From: the human T2T-CHM13v2.0 reference genome, Homo sapiens
Assembly (NCBI RefSeq): GCF_009914755.1
Contig: NC_060926.1
Direction: 5' to 3' (one strand)
Length of the DNA stretch: 64,000 nucleotides
Part shown: piece after piece, positions 1-15,028 of the stretch
Position numbering within the stretch: the first letter of the stretch is position 1
Layout of the letters: each line of letters begins with the position of its first letter
Notes under the pieces: generated by a model
Databases searched by the model: none
Told to the model about the DNA's origin: nothing
What the model saw: the letters and a program-made list of their open reading frames with translations, nothing else
Position numbers and translations under genes: made by a program

Positions 1-368
<368 letters not shown>

Positions 369-1206
369 TTAAATGCCGAGTGGGTAAAACACGTCTGCAA
401 GTGGAGAATGGCAGGAAGGGGCTCAGAGACACAATGAGACTTTGTGAGTTAAGGGGGTGTCACTGGCGATTTTTCCCGTAAACGTCCCGTGTTTTGTTGT
501 GTTGTTTTACAACAGATTAGAAAATGGTGGGGAAATACTAAAAATAAAAATATGTCCGGCTGCTTCTGGAACATTCTGGATGTTTTGCCTTTCGCTAATA
601 GTGTAACTTTTTTTTCAAAAGTCATTGTCTTAAAAGACTTCAAAATTGCTTTCTGTTCTCCCACCGCAAGCCCCCGCCCCACCTCTTGGCTCTGCCTATC
701 CCCTCCCCTCCGGGGTTTCTGCCCACCCCCCACCCCCAGGCCTGGCCTCCTGGGTGCCACATCTCCAGGGCCCGACCCATTAATGGCCTGCATTCTGACC
801 GTGACTCCCAGAAGACTCAGCCCCCTGCACAGCGCCTCCTCCCTGCTCCAGACAGCACATGTGTCGTGGAGGGGTCTCCCTCACCAAAACCAGCACCTCT
901 GTCCCGTTCCATCCTCCGGCCTCACCTCCGCCCACTGCCTCCCAGAAAAAGGAAAAATCTCTACACCGAGGTCACTGGTCAGTCACCCCGGGTGCCAAGC
1001 TCTGCTGTTTCTAAAGGCATGGTCCCACCCATTGGTCACAAGCCCTGAGCACCCAGTTTGGGGCATGTTAGCCCCCAAGGGGGCAGCTGGGCTGGCTGGT
1101 CCTCATTTTGTTCACAGCCTGTGCAGTCTGACCCTGCTGGGCCACTCCCCGCCCCCCACCTCAGCACAGGCTCCATCTTTTTCTCCTGGGCCCCTTGTTT
1201 GTTTGT

Positions 1207-1207
1207 C

Positions 1208-1241
<34 letters not shown>

Positions 1242-1582
1242 CTTTCTTTTCTCTTTTTCCTTTCTTTCCTTTCTTTCTTTCTTTTCTTCTTTTTTTTCCC
1301 CCTGAGACAGAGTCTTGCTGTGTTGTCCAGAGCCGGAGTGCAATGGCGTGGTCTCGGCTCACAGTAACCTCCACCTCCTGGGTTCAAGCAGTTCTCCTGC
1401 CTCAGCCTCCCAAGTAGCTGGGATTATAGGCACCCACCACCACACCTGGCTAAATTTTTGTATTTAGTAGAGTTGGGGTTTCACCATGTTGGTCAGGCTG
1501 GTCTCGAACTCCTGACCTCGTGGTCTGCCAACCTCGGCCTCCCAAAGTGCTGAGATTACAGGCGTGAGCGACATGCCCAGCC
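1207..1582 (-). mobile_element. Alu (AluS-like) with expanded (TTTC)n tail
   Basis: Antisense Alu consensus 1301-1582 preceded by a CT-rich tail. Confidence 0.93.
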
Positions 1583-2325
1583 TCTCCTGGGCCCCTTCTA
1601 GGCACCCCGCCATCCTGTCTGGCTCCTGTCCCCACCCTGCCCTGTGCGTTTACCAAGGGCTGACCCAGGCATTGAGCCACATGCACAACCGCCTTACGTC
1701 CTTACTATGTCCCTGAGATGTGGAGGGTTTTATCCCCTTTTTGCGGGTAGGGAAATTGAATATTCAAACCCAGGCCTGCAGCAATGTGAAACCTTAGGTA
1801 CTTCCCACTTGCATTTAGGTGGGGGGCCTTGGGCAGTGGGTCTGCCCCAGGAGCCCCGCAAGGCGGGAGGCCTGTGTAAAGGCCTGCAGGAAGAGGCTGA
1901 GGGCCCGCTCCAGCAGCCGGGGCGCTGGTAGGGCCAGGCCTGTTGGCTGCTGTGAGAGATACGCCACCAGGCCAGGCTGACATGGGCAGTTCCAGTTTCC
2001 CAAGGCAGTCCAGCCTCCAGCACTCCATCCTGTTCCATCCCCAGTGCCCTCTGACTGCACGGGGCTGAGAAGTCCCCCAGCGGTGCTCCTAGACAGGTGG
2101 AGACCTCAATCCTGCAGCCTCATCAAATGACTCCCCAACAGGGGTGGATCCTGCCCCTCGACCAGCACCTGTGCTGTCTGCCCCTCACAAAATCCTTGTC
2201 CCTTCTCAGATTCCTTGGGGGCACAGGGCTGTGAGGGTCAGGACCACCATCAGAATCCCTTACAAAGCCACAGCCCTCTGGCCTCTTAGAGAATCCAACT
2301 TGGGTTACAAAGACAAGCGTGCACA

Positions 2326-2630
2326 GGCCAGGCGCGGTGGCTCATGCCTGTAATGCCAGCACTTTGGGAGGCCAAGGTGGGTGGATCACAAGGGCAGGAG
2401 GTCAAGTCTAGCCTGGCCAACATGGTGAAACCCCGTCTCTACCAAAAATACAAAAATTAGCTGGGCATGGTGATGCGTGCCTGTAATCCCAGCTACTCGG
2501 GAGGCTGAGGCAGGCAGGAGAATCGCTTGAACCGGGACCCGGGAGGCGGAGGTAGCAGTGAGCCCAAGTTCATGCCACTGCACTGCAGCCTGGGCTACAG
2601 AGCGAGACTCTGTCTCAAGGAAAAAAAAAA
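2326..2630 (+). mobile_element. Alu (AluS-like)
   Basis: ggccaggcgcggtggctca to poly(A); target-site duplication agcgtgcacag on both sides. Confidence 0.95.
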
Positions 2631-3084
2631 GGACTAGCGTGCACAGAGCCCTCGAGGTACCAGAGCAGAGCTGTGGATGCCCGTCTAAGCCTGTGCCCAT
2701 AGCTCTGACTGGATTTCACCAACTCCACTCTGGCAGGTTAGCATCAGGAGAGACACTGTCCTGGCTGCTGGGTGGGAAGATAAAGCTGAGTTCCTTCTGT
2801 CTGTCTCGGTGAGAGAAGGCACGGCCCTCACCCAGGGCAGCAGAGATCAGGGCTGACTTTCCAAGCCAGCAAGACATGCATTCAGGCTACCTACAAGGAA
2901 AAGCAGTTAGATTCGAGCAAAGTGGTGAATTGGTCTGAATGGAAAAATCCAAAACATCCCACTTTAAGAACCCTGCATGCACACAGTCTTGCGTCAACTT
3001 CAGTTTTAACACGATAGCCAGGTAAGGGGGAAAGATGGGCGGAGCGGGGGACCAAGGACAGAGAGGAAGACAAAGGCTCTGTGA

Positions 3085-3740
3085 GCTGTGCCTGCTGTAA
3101 CAAAATACACAACAGAAAGTATTCCTCACACTTCTGAGGAATGGGAAGTCCAAGGTCAAGGTGTTGGCTGATTCATTTCTGGTGAGGGGCCTCTTCCTGG
3201 CTTATAGACAGATGCCTCTTGCAGTGTCCTCATGTGGAGGAGAGAGGAGAGGGGCATCTCTCGTGTCTTTTTTTTTTTTTTTTTTTTTTGAGACACAGTC
3301 TCGCTCTGTCACCCAGGCTGCAGTGCAGTGGCGTGAACTCGGCTCACTGCAACCTCCGCCTCCCGGGTTCACACCATTCTCCCGCGTTCACGCCATTCTC
3401 CCACCTCAGCCTCCCGAGTAGCTGGGACTACAGGCGCCCGCCACCATGCCCGGCTGATTTTGTTTTTGTATTTTTAGTAGAGACGGGGTTTCACCATGTT
3501 AGCCAGGGTGGTCTCGATCTCCTGACCTCATGATCCATCCTCCTCGGCCTCCCAAAGTGCTGGGATTACAGGCGTGAGCCATCGTGCCCGGCCCCTCTTG
3601 TGCCTCTTCTTATAAGAGTGAGAATCCCATTCATGGGAGTCTACTCTCCTGACCTAATCACCTCCCAGAGGTCCTGTCACCAAACACCATCACACAGGGG
3701 GTTAGGGCTTCAGCGACTGACTTTCCGGAGCACACACACA
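3085..3740 (-). mobile_element. MaLR solo LTR (MLT1A-like) interrupted by an Alu
   Basis: gctgtaacaaaatac..ggaagtccaaggtcaagg..cttataagag..cctaatcacctcccagagg..gggggttaggg match the MLT1A reverse complement. Confidence 0.8.
3268..3593 (-). mobile_element. Alu (AluY-like) inside the MLT1 LTR
   Basis: Poly(T) then antisense Alu with ttcacgccattctc and tcgatctcctgacctc (Y-type features). Confidence 0.93.
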
Positions 3741-6700
3741 CCAGTGCTCCTGTTGCCCCTCCCAGGGACACCTTGCATTGCAGCAAATCACTGTTTTCTG
3801 GCTGCCCTTGGCTGGCTGGCTGGCAGCCTTTGGGGCCCTAGGCATCAGGATGTCTGCTCTGTTTGTTTGCCAATTTCAAAGCACATACCGGAATCAGTGT
3901 GGCTGGAGCTGGAGAGGACCTTGGTTTTAGAACTTTGATTGAAGCCTAAGGACCGTTGGTCCATCTGCAGAGCAGCAGTGACCAAGCCTCTCTTGGCCTT
4001 TCCTAGCATGTCATCCAAGCCTGAGTGGGAAGCGGATGTCCATATGCAGCTCACCAGAGCCGGCCTAAGGAGGGTTGATGTGCAGGCACTGCGGCAGCGC
4101 ACAGGGCTCAGGACCCCTGGGCGGGCACCTGTGTGCCACCCGGGCTGTCGTGTGCGTGACTCGGCTAGCCCCTGCCCTCTGTGTGATGGGCACCACACTT
4201 CTTCCAGCCTTGTGGCATCCCAAGTAGGCAGTGAAAAGCTTCGAGAAGGGTGGGCTCTGGGGGCCATGCTGGGATTCCAGGAACCCGAGAATTCACGTAA
4301 GCCAATTCTTTCATTCTGGGCTCCCATGAATGCATTTGGAGAAGGTGGCTGGAGTCACGCACAGCCAGCTGGTGGGCAGGGCTCTCTGCAGGCCATGGGC
4401 TCATTTTCCCACCTGCGTAAGTCACGGTGCTGGTGGTAGCAGGATGGGGTCTGCAGGTCTCGCAGGAGTAGGTCAAGAGGACCAGGCAAGGTCTGGCTTC
4501 CTGATGGGGACCCAGGAGAGAGAAGCCAAGAACCCCTGCTGCCTCCTTACCCAACTGCATATCACAGAGTGTGCTGGGCCCCGTGGAGGTGGCTGCAGTC
4601 TACAAGGGGGTGGCTGCCCTGGCCTATGGTGCATTTTACAGATGTGTCAACGTGGGAAGCTGGGCCAAGGCCATCCTGTGCGGAGGCTCAATGAGAGAGC
4701 ACCCTGGGTAGGGTCTGGACCTGCTGTGTGGGCCTCTTGCTGGCAGGCAGCTCTCTGTTCCCGAGGTTGCAGCAGCTGCTTTCTGTCCTCTCTTTACCCG
4801 TTCCCCCCCGCCCCACCCCCGCCAGCGGATTCTCCTGCGGAACCTCAAACTTCAGAGGCAGCAGGCCTTGAATCATTGAGCCTCCAGAGGGAAAACTGAA
4901 GCCTGGGAGAGGGTGGCTGCCCAGGGCCCCACAGCCAACCATGTCCTTGCCCAGAGAGGCCTGGGTCCCTCCTCCTCTGTGCTGGGTGCTTCCTGAGTGC
5001 TTGGCACATCTAGACACCAAACAGACCCTTGGGTCTGAGCTGACTGGGTTCACTAGCTAGCCTCACGCATCCTCCCTGCCGGGCTGCTGTGGGCTGCTGT
5101 CCTGGTCCCACATCTCCTTTTTGCGCGCTTTCATGATTCTTCAGACAGTCTCCATAGGTTGCCTCAAGACTCTGGAAGAATGAGGTTGCATATGCACTGT
5201 GACTTGTATCCAGGAATATTATCCTACTCAGGCTGGTCAGGTACTCAACAGGCAGGGAGCGCTAGTGGCAGCAAAGCCACGAGTGCCCCAAGTCTCAACC
5301 CGAACCTCAGGCGAAGGTTTGGGGACAAGACTAAGCTCAGCTCCCAGTAACTGGCCCTCCCCTTGCCTCAATCCCTTCTGGAACAACACAGGCTGTGCCA
5401 GCCTGCACAGGGCAGTGCAGAATCAGGAAAACCTGGCTGGGGCCAGAGTACCCGGGCACATCCTCGCTCTCCTGGGCCGCCTGGGGCCTGCACCTGCCGG
5501 GGGATCTGCCAGCCCCCATACCTGCGGCCGGGCACATTTAACTGTGACTTGCAGAAGTAATAAGCCTAATATGGTTGACTTTATTTAATTAATAATGATC
5601 CTCTTCTGTTCCTCTGCGCTCATAAAACACCCTGCAGGTTGGCAAAAACACTCATAATATTGATCAGAAGTCAGGCGGGATATTTATTTTGTCTTTGCCC
5701 CACTAGCATAAATTCTTGTCCACTGCCTCCTCCTCCCCGCATGCGGGATTTACAGTGGCCAGCTTCTTAAAAGCATTCAGTAATTAAGGAATAAATATCC
5801 ATTGGCCTTTGTGGGCTGTGCTCCGTCCCTCCGCCTGACCCCCTAGCAACGCAGCTCAGGGAGAAGGCATGCATGCAAGGGGGAGGCAGCTGTCAGCGCC
5901 CGCTCGCAGTGGGCCGGGGTCTTCCCCTACCGAGAAAGGAAGCCCCTCTCTCTTCCTCACGTATTGTTCCAGCCCCCTCTTCCATGCCTCCCCTCCCAGT
6001 TCCTGTTTTGCTTGAGGCAGGAAGCACTCTGGAAATTCCTTGCTGCTAGCCCTCTTTTCTCTCCTTCCTCTGCCCTTCCTCTCCTCCTTGTCAGTTTCAA
6101 CACCAGGCGGGCGGGTCCCCTCCAGTGTCTGCTCCTCACCCTGAGGGTGTTCCTCCACGCCAGCCCGCTCTGCTACAGAATCTCCTTGAAAATCACTGCC
6201 AAACTCCTCTCCCACCTGTTGGCGGGGGCAGGGCAGCTGTTTCCAAAGGAAAGACTGTGACAAGTGGCGGGCACACAGACGCAAATTCTTCTTTTGGCCT
6301 TTTCGCACTGGAAGAGAGAGGGGGTTCCAATAAAAATGAGCACATTAGACTTGACCTGGAGTGCACTTTCGGGAAGGGGTGTTGCTCAGTGTTTTGTAGA
6401 CGTGCTCAGAAAGCCACATTTGTGAGATTTGAAGGCTGAGGATGAAACCACCAAGAGACTGCTTTACAGCCCCCCAGAGCGCCCCAGCCCTGCCACACAC
6501 AGCGGCCCCTGTGAGGACTGAGGTGGACGTCTGGCTGCCCGCTCTCTTGTCTGTGTCCCGTTCATCTCCCAGACCCCGCCACAAGACAGTGCTGAAAGGC
6601 AGTCAGAAGCTTTGTGGTTATTTGCTTAAAACTTTCTTTTCTGGGAATCCAACCCATTAACCTTATTACCCCTTGACAATGTGCTGACCCTTCCCTGCCA

Positions 6701-7194
6701 GGACCAAAACACAGCTGATGGTGGCTGTGTGAGACCTCATCTTTGCAGCTCTCAAATGCATGAGGAACAGAGAATGGGGCATTGCAGGAAGACAGCATTT
6801 CTCTCTGAAGGTAGTTGTGTGTAGGTGTGACTCTCCCCGCGCTCTCCAGGTGTCCCCAGAGGTCTTGGTCTATGCTTTGCTCATCACTGACAAGGATTTG
6901 CCAGTGCATAGATGACAGTGCCACCAGCAGTGACCAAGCTCACCTCTGGGACTCAGCTGCCTGGTCAGCCTGACCCCGCCCTGCCGAGCACCTCATTCCC
7001 GGGCAGCACTTCTGTTTTGGGTACTGGTATCTATATGACTTGCCTTTTCCTTTTAGTGATCTCCTTTCTCTTCATTCTAAAATTCCATGAATTATTATTC
7101 ATCTTTGTAATTATTATAAATATTTATAATAATAAATTATAGATAGTTTTGATAGGGAAGAAGAGGAGGAAGGAAAAACTGAGATGATCTAGAT

Positions 7195-7550
7195 CCGTGC
7201 ATCCTCTGTAATGGCAGAAGTGTTCTCGATCAGCAGCCTTGGAAATGTCCTAGTCAGCGGCAGCGTCGGTGCTCTGGACCGGCAGCCATGGGAATGTCCT
7301 AGTCGGCAGCAGTGTCGGTGTTCTAGACCGGCAGCCGTGGGAACGTCCTAGTCGGCGGCAGCGTCGGTGCTCTGGACCGGCAGCCGTGGAAACGTTCTGG
7401 ATCCGAGCATCCCAGGGTAGCAGCTGCCAACCACATACTTATGTAAAGCACTGGAAATGTGTCTAAAGGAACTGTGTTTTTAATGTTATTTTGTTTCAAT
7501 TCACGTCAACACCCACGGGCAGCTTACAGCTGCCCCATTGGGGGGCACAC
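7195..7550. mobile_element. MER3-like hAT/Charlie DNA transposon fossil
   Basis: ggaaacgttct..ccacat..agcactggaaatgtg..ggaactgtgtttttaatgttatttt resembles MER3. Flanked by the 8-bp hAT-type duplication atctagat (7187-7194) / ctctagat (7551-7558). Confidence 0.65.
7219..7400. repeat. Minisatellite, 49-bp unit, ~3.7 copies
   Basis: Unit ggtgctctggaccggcagccatgggaatgtcctagtcggcagcagtgtc starting at 7219, 7268, 7317, 7366. Confidence 0.95.
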
Positions 7551-7789
7551 CTCTAGATTCTTTCTCTGAAGCAAACCCTACCTAACCCTTCGTCAGAGAC
7601 CAGAACCAAGTGTTAAGATGGCCAAAGGGAGAGCATGAGAAAATGATGCTGTGGATCCACCTAGACTCTCAAAGCCCAGAGAGTCTGGTTGTACAGATGG
7701 GAAGATGTTTCCTAATTTGGGAGGCATCAGATCCCTGAGCAAGAGGTCAGACAGTGCCAGGGCAGCCAGTCTGTCGGGTGTCCCAGCTG

Positions 7790-8367
<578 letters not shown>

Positions 8368-8491
8368 CTAATAGTGACTCTACATTTATATAAATATATG
8401 TCCATGATCAATCACCTAAAACCCACCATTTGGCTCATGTAGCATTGTAAATAAAGATGGAGAAATTATGCAGAAAGGCCTTTGTTTATTA

Positions 8492-8855
8492 TTGTCTTAG
8501 TCCTCTGGGGCTGCTATAACAAAATACCTTAAATGGGGTAATTTATAAACAAAAGAAGTGTCTTGCTCACGGTTCTGGAGGCTGGAAAGTCCAAGATAGA
8601 GGCACCGGCAGATTCGGTGTCTGGTTAGGGTTCGGTCTCTGCTTCATGGAGAATACCTCATTGCTACGTCCTCACGTGATAGAAGAGGCAAACCAGCCCC
8701 CTCGGGCCTCTTTTATAAGAGCACTAAATCCCATTTATGAGGGCAGGGCCATCATCACCTAGTCACCTCCCAAAGGCTCTACCTCTTAATAACATCACCT
8801 TGGGGAGTTAGGATTTCAGCAAATGGATTTGGGGTGACACAAACACACAGCAGTG
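8492..8855 (-). mobile_element. MaLR solo LTR (MLT1A/MLT1A0)
   Basis: tgtcttagtcc..gctgctataacaaaatacc..ggttctggaggctggaaagtccaagat..tcacctcccaaaggc..ttaggatttcagc..gacacaaaca, near-complete LTR. Confidence 0.88.
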
Positions 8856-8946
8856 ATAAAAGAGCAGACTTTGTTGATAAATCCGTGCAGGGAAGGCACC
8901 CTCACTGCAGTGTTTCCAGTCACTGGGATGAGAAAGGGCCGATCCC

Positions 8947-9500
<554 letters not shown>

Positions 9501-9825
9501 AAAGGGTCCATCCCGGTATCAGGCAATGTGAAGTGCTGGGAACACACAGACCTGCCCATGGCATCCCCCAGTCACTTGAGGACAGATAAACCATCACAGT
9601 TGGTTGTTGCCTTTTGATTGGAGTCATCGGCAGTGTTGTCACGCGACTGGTCTTGCTCAGGTGCATTCTCCAGTGGGCACTGCAGTGACGGCTCCCACGT
9701 GGTCTTCCCTCGGGCTTTTACCCCAGGACCTGTAACACCAAGACAGAGCCCGGTGCAGCCTGCATGTGATGATTCGCCCCCACCCTGGGTCCTTGCCACA
9801 GAGATTGAAATAAAAGCTCTCTGGA

Positions 9826-10295
<470 letters not shown>

Positions 10296-10624
10296 TCACA
10301 GGTGCTGGGAGTTGTATGACGCTGGGCAAACTGGGAGCAGCGTGGGCATCCCGGCCCAAGCTCAGGGGCTCAGGAGGCAGGAGGCGGCACTCGCATTCAC
10401 ACGCACACGCACAGAACGCTCTCCCGCTCTCTCAGTCTGGTCCCTGGGCAGGTTGAAGGCAGCTCAGCATCCATCTTTTTCCAGAGAAGAGAACTTTGGC
10501 CCTGCTAGGTTGCTGGCCGGCCACCTTATGGCCCCAGGCCTGTCCTGAAGGCGGGGGCCAGATTGGGAGCCCCCCTGCTTCCGCTCTGCAGCCCTGTCTG
10601 GCTGAATGGTGTAAAATTCCCTAA

Positions 10625-11129
<505 letters not shown>

Positions 11130-12144
11130 GGAGTTTGTTTTTTAAAATGTGTACATGCTTGAGGGTGTTACCAGGAATGATCAATAAAGTCAGTTACTGT
11201 CATCCTTAAGCCCACACTAAGTGCTCCGGTTACATGGAGATTACACCTTGCCAGCTGAGTCATGCAGTGGATTTGGCATGGCAGGCACTAAGTATGCGGG
11301 TAGCAGGTGGGGAGTGTCCAAGAGAATTGTCTTTGGGATGGACACAGGGAAGCCACCTTGGCCAAGTCACCACCCCTCAAGGTCAGGTGCGGCAAAGCCC
11401 GTCAGGCAGCAATGCTAGAGTGTCTGTCTCCGAGCTGGCAGACCCCGAAAAATCCAGAGGGTTCACGGCTCCTGCAACCTACCCAGTGATTCCTATGTCC
11501 TGTGCTCAGTGCCTGGCTGTCCCTGTGGATGGCTTCCTGTCATGGCCCAGAGAGAGGTAAAGAGCCACCTTTACCTCTTCTTTTAGGCAGGAAGAGAAGC
11601 AAATATAAAATACGATGGCGCCTGAAATGTACCTTTTCTTTTTATTTTGGGGATTGGGTCAGTGCCTTTCTTCTGATGAGTCGCCCATTCCCTCATTTTC
11701 CCTCACTCTCCTGCGGCTGATTTATTTAAAGGTGTGTCAGCACCACATCAAATGAGGAACTGGGCCCCCTCCTTTCTGCTGACGGCCGGCCGCGCCAATA
11801 ATTCATTTTTTAGCTCATTAGCTAACGGAGGCTGTGAGCGGTGATCCTCCCGGGGATTGGAATGAGGGGAGGTGATCTACTGCCGGCTGCCTGCTCTTGA
11901 ACTGGCCTTCCTTGGGGAAAATGAAAGGCTCAGCCAAGACAAGCCAGGGATCCCAGAAGTAGAATTGCGGCCTCCGAGTGACCATTTGAGTCTGTGTGCT
12001 TTGACATCATGGCTTCTTAGGGCAAATGCCTCTAGACGGAATAGTCTCATCGAGAAGAAGCCATTGTCAGCGTGTCCCTTGGTCATATGTGACTTGCGTA
12101 TGGAGACGCTAGTGAGAAAGATGAAGGATGCTATCCAGAGTATG

Positions 12145-12520
12145 TGTCAGCTCACGCTGCCAAAATAAAGTATTACACGTGGGTGGCTTAAGTGCGGGAC
12201 ATTCACGTCTCACAGTTCTGGAGGCTGGAAGTCTGGAGTCAGGGTGCCCGCAGGGTTGGTTCTGGTGAGACCTCTCTCCCTGGCTGACAGATGGTGCCTT
12301 CTCCCTGTGTCCTGCCTTTCCTCCGGGTGCGCTCAGAGGGAGAGAGACATCACCAGTGTCTCGTCCTCTTATACGGGCACCTGGCTTATTGAATTAGGGC
12401 TCTATCTTTATAGCATCATTTAACCTTAATTCTCTTCCTGAAGACCCCATCTCCACATACAGCAACATTGAGGGTTAAAGCTTCAGCATGTGAATTTTAT
12501 GGGATACGACTCAGCCTCTA
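12145..12520 (-). mobile_element. MaLR solo LTR (MLT1B/C-like)
   Basis: gggtggcttaa..tctcacagttctggaggctggaagtc..cttatacgggcac..catttaaccttaatt..gagggttaaagcttcagcatgtgaatttt. Confidence 0.82.
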
Positions 12521-13494
12521 ACATCCAAGAAGCCCTTAAACATCTCAAGGCTATGGGCAGGAGCCAACCAGATGTTGCTCCTGCAACTCTGACAGCTATG
12601 AGGTCATTTAAACCAGCCAGACTCCTTCTTACCCCAGAGTCTCAGGATCCTCTGCACCCTCGGGGGAGCTCACAAGATGCCAGCAGGCTTGGCAAGACCT
12701 CTGGCCAAGAGCATCCCCCCTACCATGCTGAGCATGAGGAGTTGCGTGAAGCTCGTATGTACACACAGCCGTGATTTAGAAGCCTCCCGTGCCCAGCAGG
12801 CCTTCGGTACCCGCGGCCCCGTGCCACCAGCACTTCCCCCACACGTGCCGCTTCCACGGGTGAGCTCCTGTGTGCTCACATAACATTGAATTATCAGAGA
12901 GGTTGTTTTCTTCAGTCGTGACAGCCGCTGTTTGCAGGGGAACCACTGTGGCCATGGTGTCATCCAAATGCGTGATCCCAAATCCCAAAACAGCCCTGCC
13001 TTGTGTAGATGTCACTGTCCTCATTTGACAGATGAGGAAAAGAGGGTCCAAGAAGTTATTAGAAAGGCGAACGTCTACACCACTAAGTCGAGAAAAGGCA
13101 CATAAGCCACAGTCTCTCTAATGCTTAAGAGTGCAGCCTGTGAGCTTAGTGTTGGTGGGGAGATTGGCTTTTCCCTGCCTTTGGGCATTGCAGAAAGTAC
13201 AGGGAGCTAAGCTTTCCCCCTGGTATCTGGATGGGAGCATCCACAGGAGGTGGCCTTCAAGTCACAGCAGGTGGCTGACATGCATTAGTTTGCTGAAGTA
13301 GCACCAAAAAACCCAGTGCCCTTGTCTGAGTCCTGTTTTCATACTAGTGAAATTTCAGCTGCTAACAAGAATCACGTCTGATGCAGACACAAAGCCCAGT
13401 GGCTGCCCCAACTCCCTGGCCACCTCCTACTGTCCGAGAAAACACTGAAATATAGCAGTCCCAAAGGACTCAGAAGTCAGCATTGAAAGCTTCT

Positions 13495-13988
<494 letters not shown>

Positions 13989-14006
13989 TAGTTTAAACAA
14001 TGCTGA

Positions 14007-15028
14007 TTTTTTTTCCATAAGTTATTGGGGTACAGGTGGTATTTGGTTAATTAAGTTCTTTTTTTTTTTTTTTTTTTTTTTGAGAGAGAGTTTTGCTCTG
14101 TCGCCCACGCTGGAGTGCAGTGACGCAATCTTGGCTCACTGCAACCTCTGCCTCCTGGATTCAAGCAATTCTCCTGCATCAGCCTCCTGAGTAGCTGGGA
14201 TTACAGGCACCTGCCACCACACCGGCTAATTTTTGTATTTTTAGTAGAGACAGGGTTTCACCATGTTGGCCAGGCTGGTCTCAAACTCCTGACCTCAAGA
14301 GAACCACCCACCACGGCCTCCCAAAGTGCTGAGATTACAGGCATAAGCCACCACGGCCAGCCATGAGTAAATTCTTTAGTGGTGATTTGTGAGATCTTGG
14401 TGCACCCATCACCCGAGCACTATATACTGCACCCTATTTGTAGTCTTTTATCCCTCGCCCCCCTCCCACTCTTCCCCCCAAGTCCCCAAAGTCCGTTGTA
14501 TCATTCTTACACCTTTTATGTCCCCATAGCTTAGCTCCCACGTATCAGTGAGAACATGCGATGTTTGGCTTTCCATTCTTGAGTTACTTTCCTTAGAATA
14601 ATAGTCTCCAGTCTCATTGGAGGTCCCTGCAAATGCTGTTAACCCATTCCTTTTTATGGCTGTGTTGTATTCCGTCGTATATGTATATACACCACAGTTT
14701 CTTTATCCACTTGTTGATTGATGGCCATTGGGGTAGGTTCCACAATTTTGCAGTTGTGAATTGTGCTGCTATAAACGTGTGTGTAAGTATCTTTTTCAAA
14801 TAATGACTTCTTTTCCTCTGAGTGGGTACAGTAGTGTGATTGCTGGATCAAATGGCAGTTCTACTTTCAGTTCTTTAAGGAATCTCCACACTGTTTTCCA
14901 TAGCGGCTGTACTAGTTTACATTCCCACCAGCAGCGTAGAAGTGTTCCCTGTACACCACATCCACGCCAACATCTACCGTTTTTAGATTTTTTGATTATG
15001 GCCATTCTTGAAGGATGAAGGTGGTATC
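14007..15028 (-). mobile_element. 5'-truncated LINE-1 (L1PB-like 3' end) with an Alu at 14058-14362
   Basis: Frameshifted ORF2 C-terminus ([48 protein letters not shown]) and L1PB-type 3' UTR. Perfect 16-bp TSD aacaatgctgattttt at 13996-14011 and 15029-15044. Confidence 0.93.

Noticed and set aside
489-1417. 292-aa ORF and overlapping ORFs
   Set aside because: Non-ATG start, no domain similarity, runs into a (TTTC)n tail and an Alu; intronic chance ORF.
7219-7400. CRISPR-like repeat array
   Set aside because: Head-to-tail units without unique spacers, no cas genes, eukaryotic context; it is a minisatellite.
14614-15005. L1 ORF2-like peptides as a functional gene
   Set aside because: Frameshifted 3' fragment of a 5'-truncated L1.
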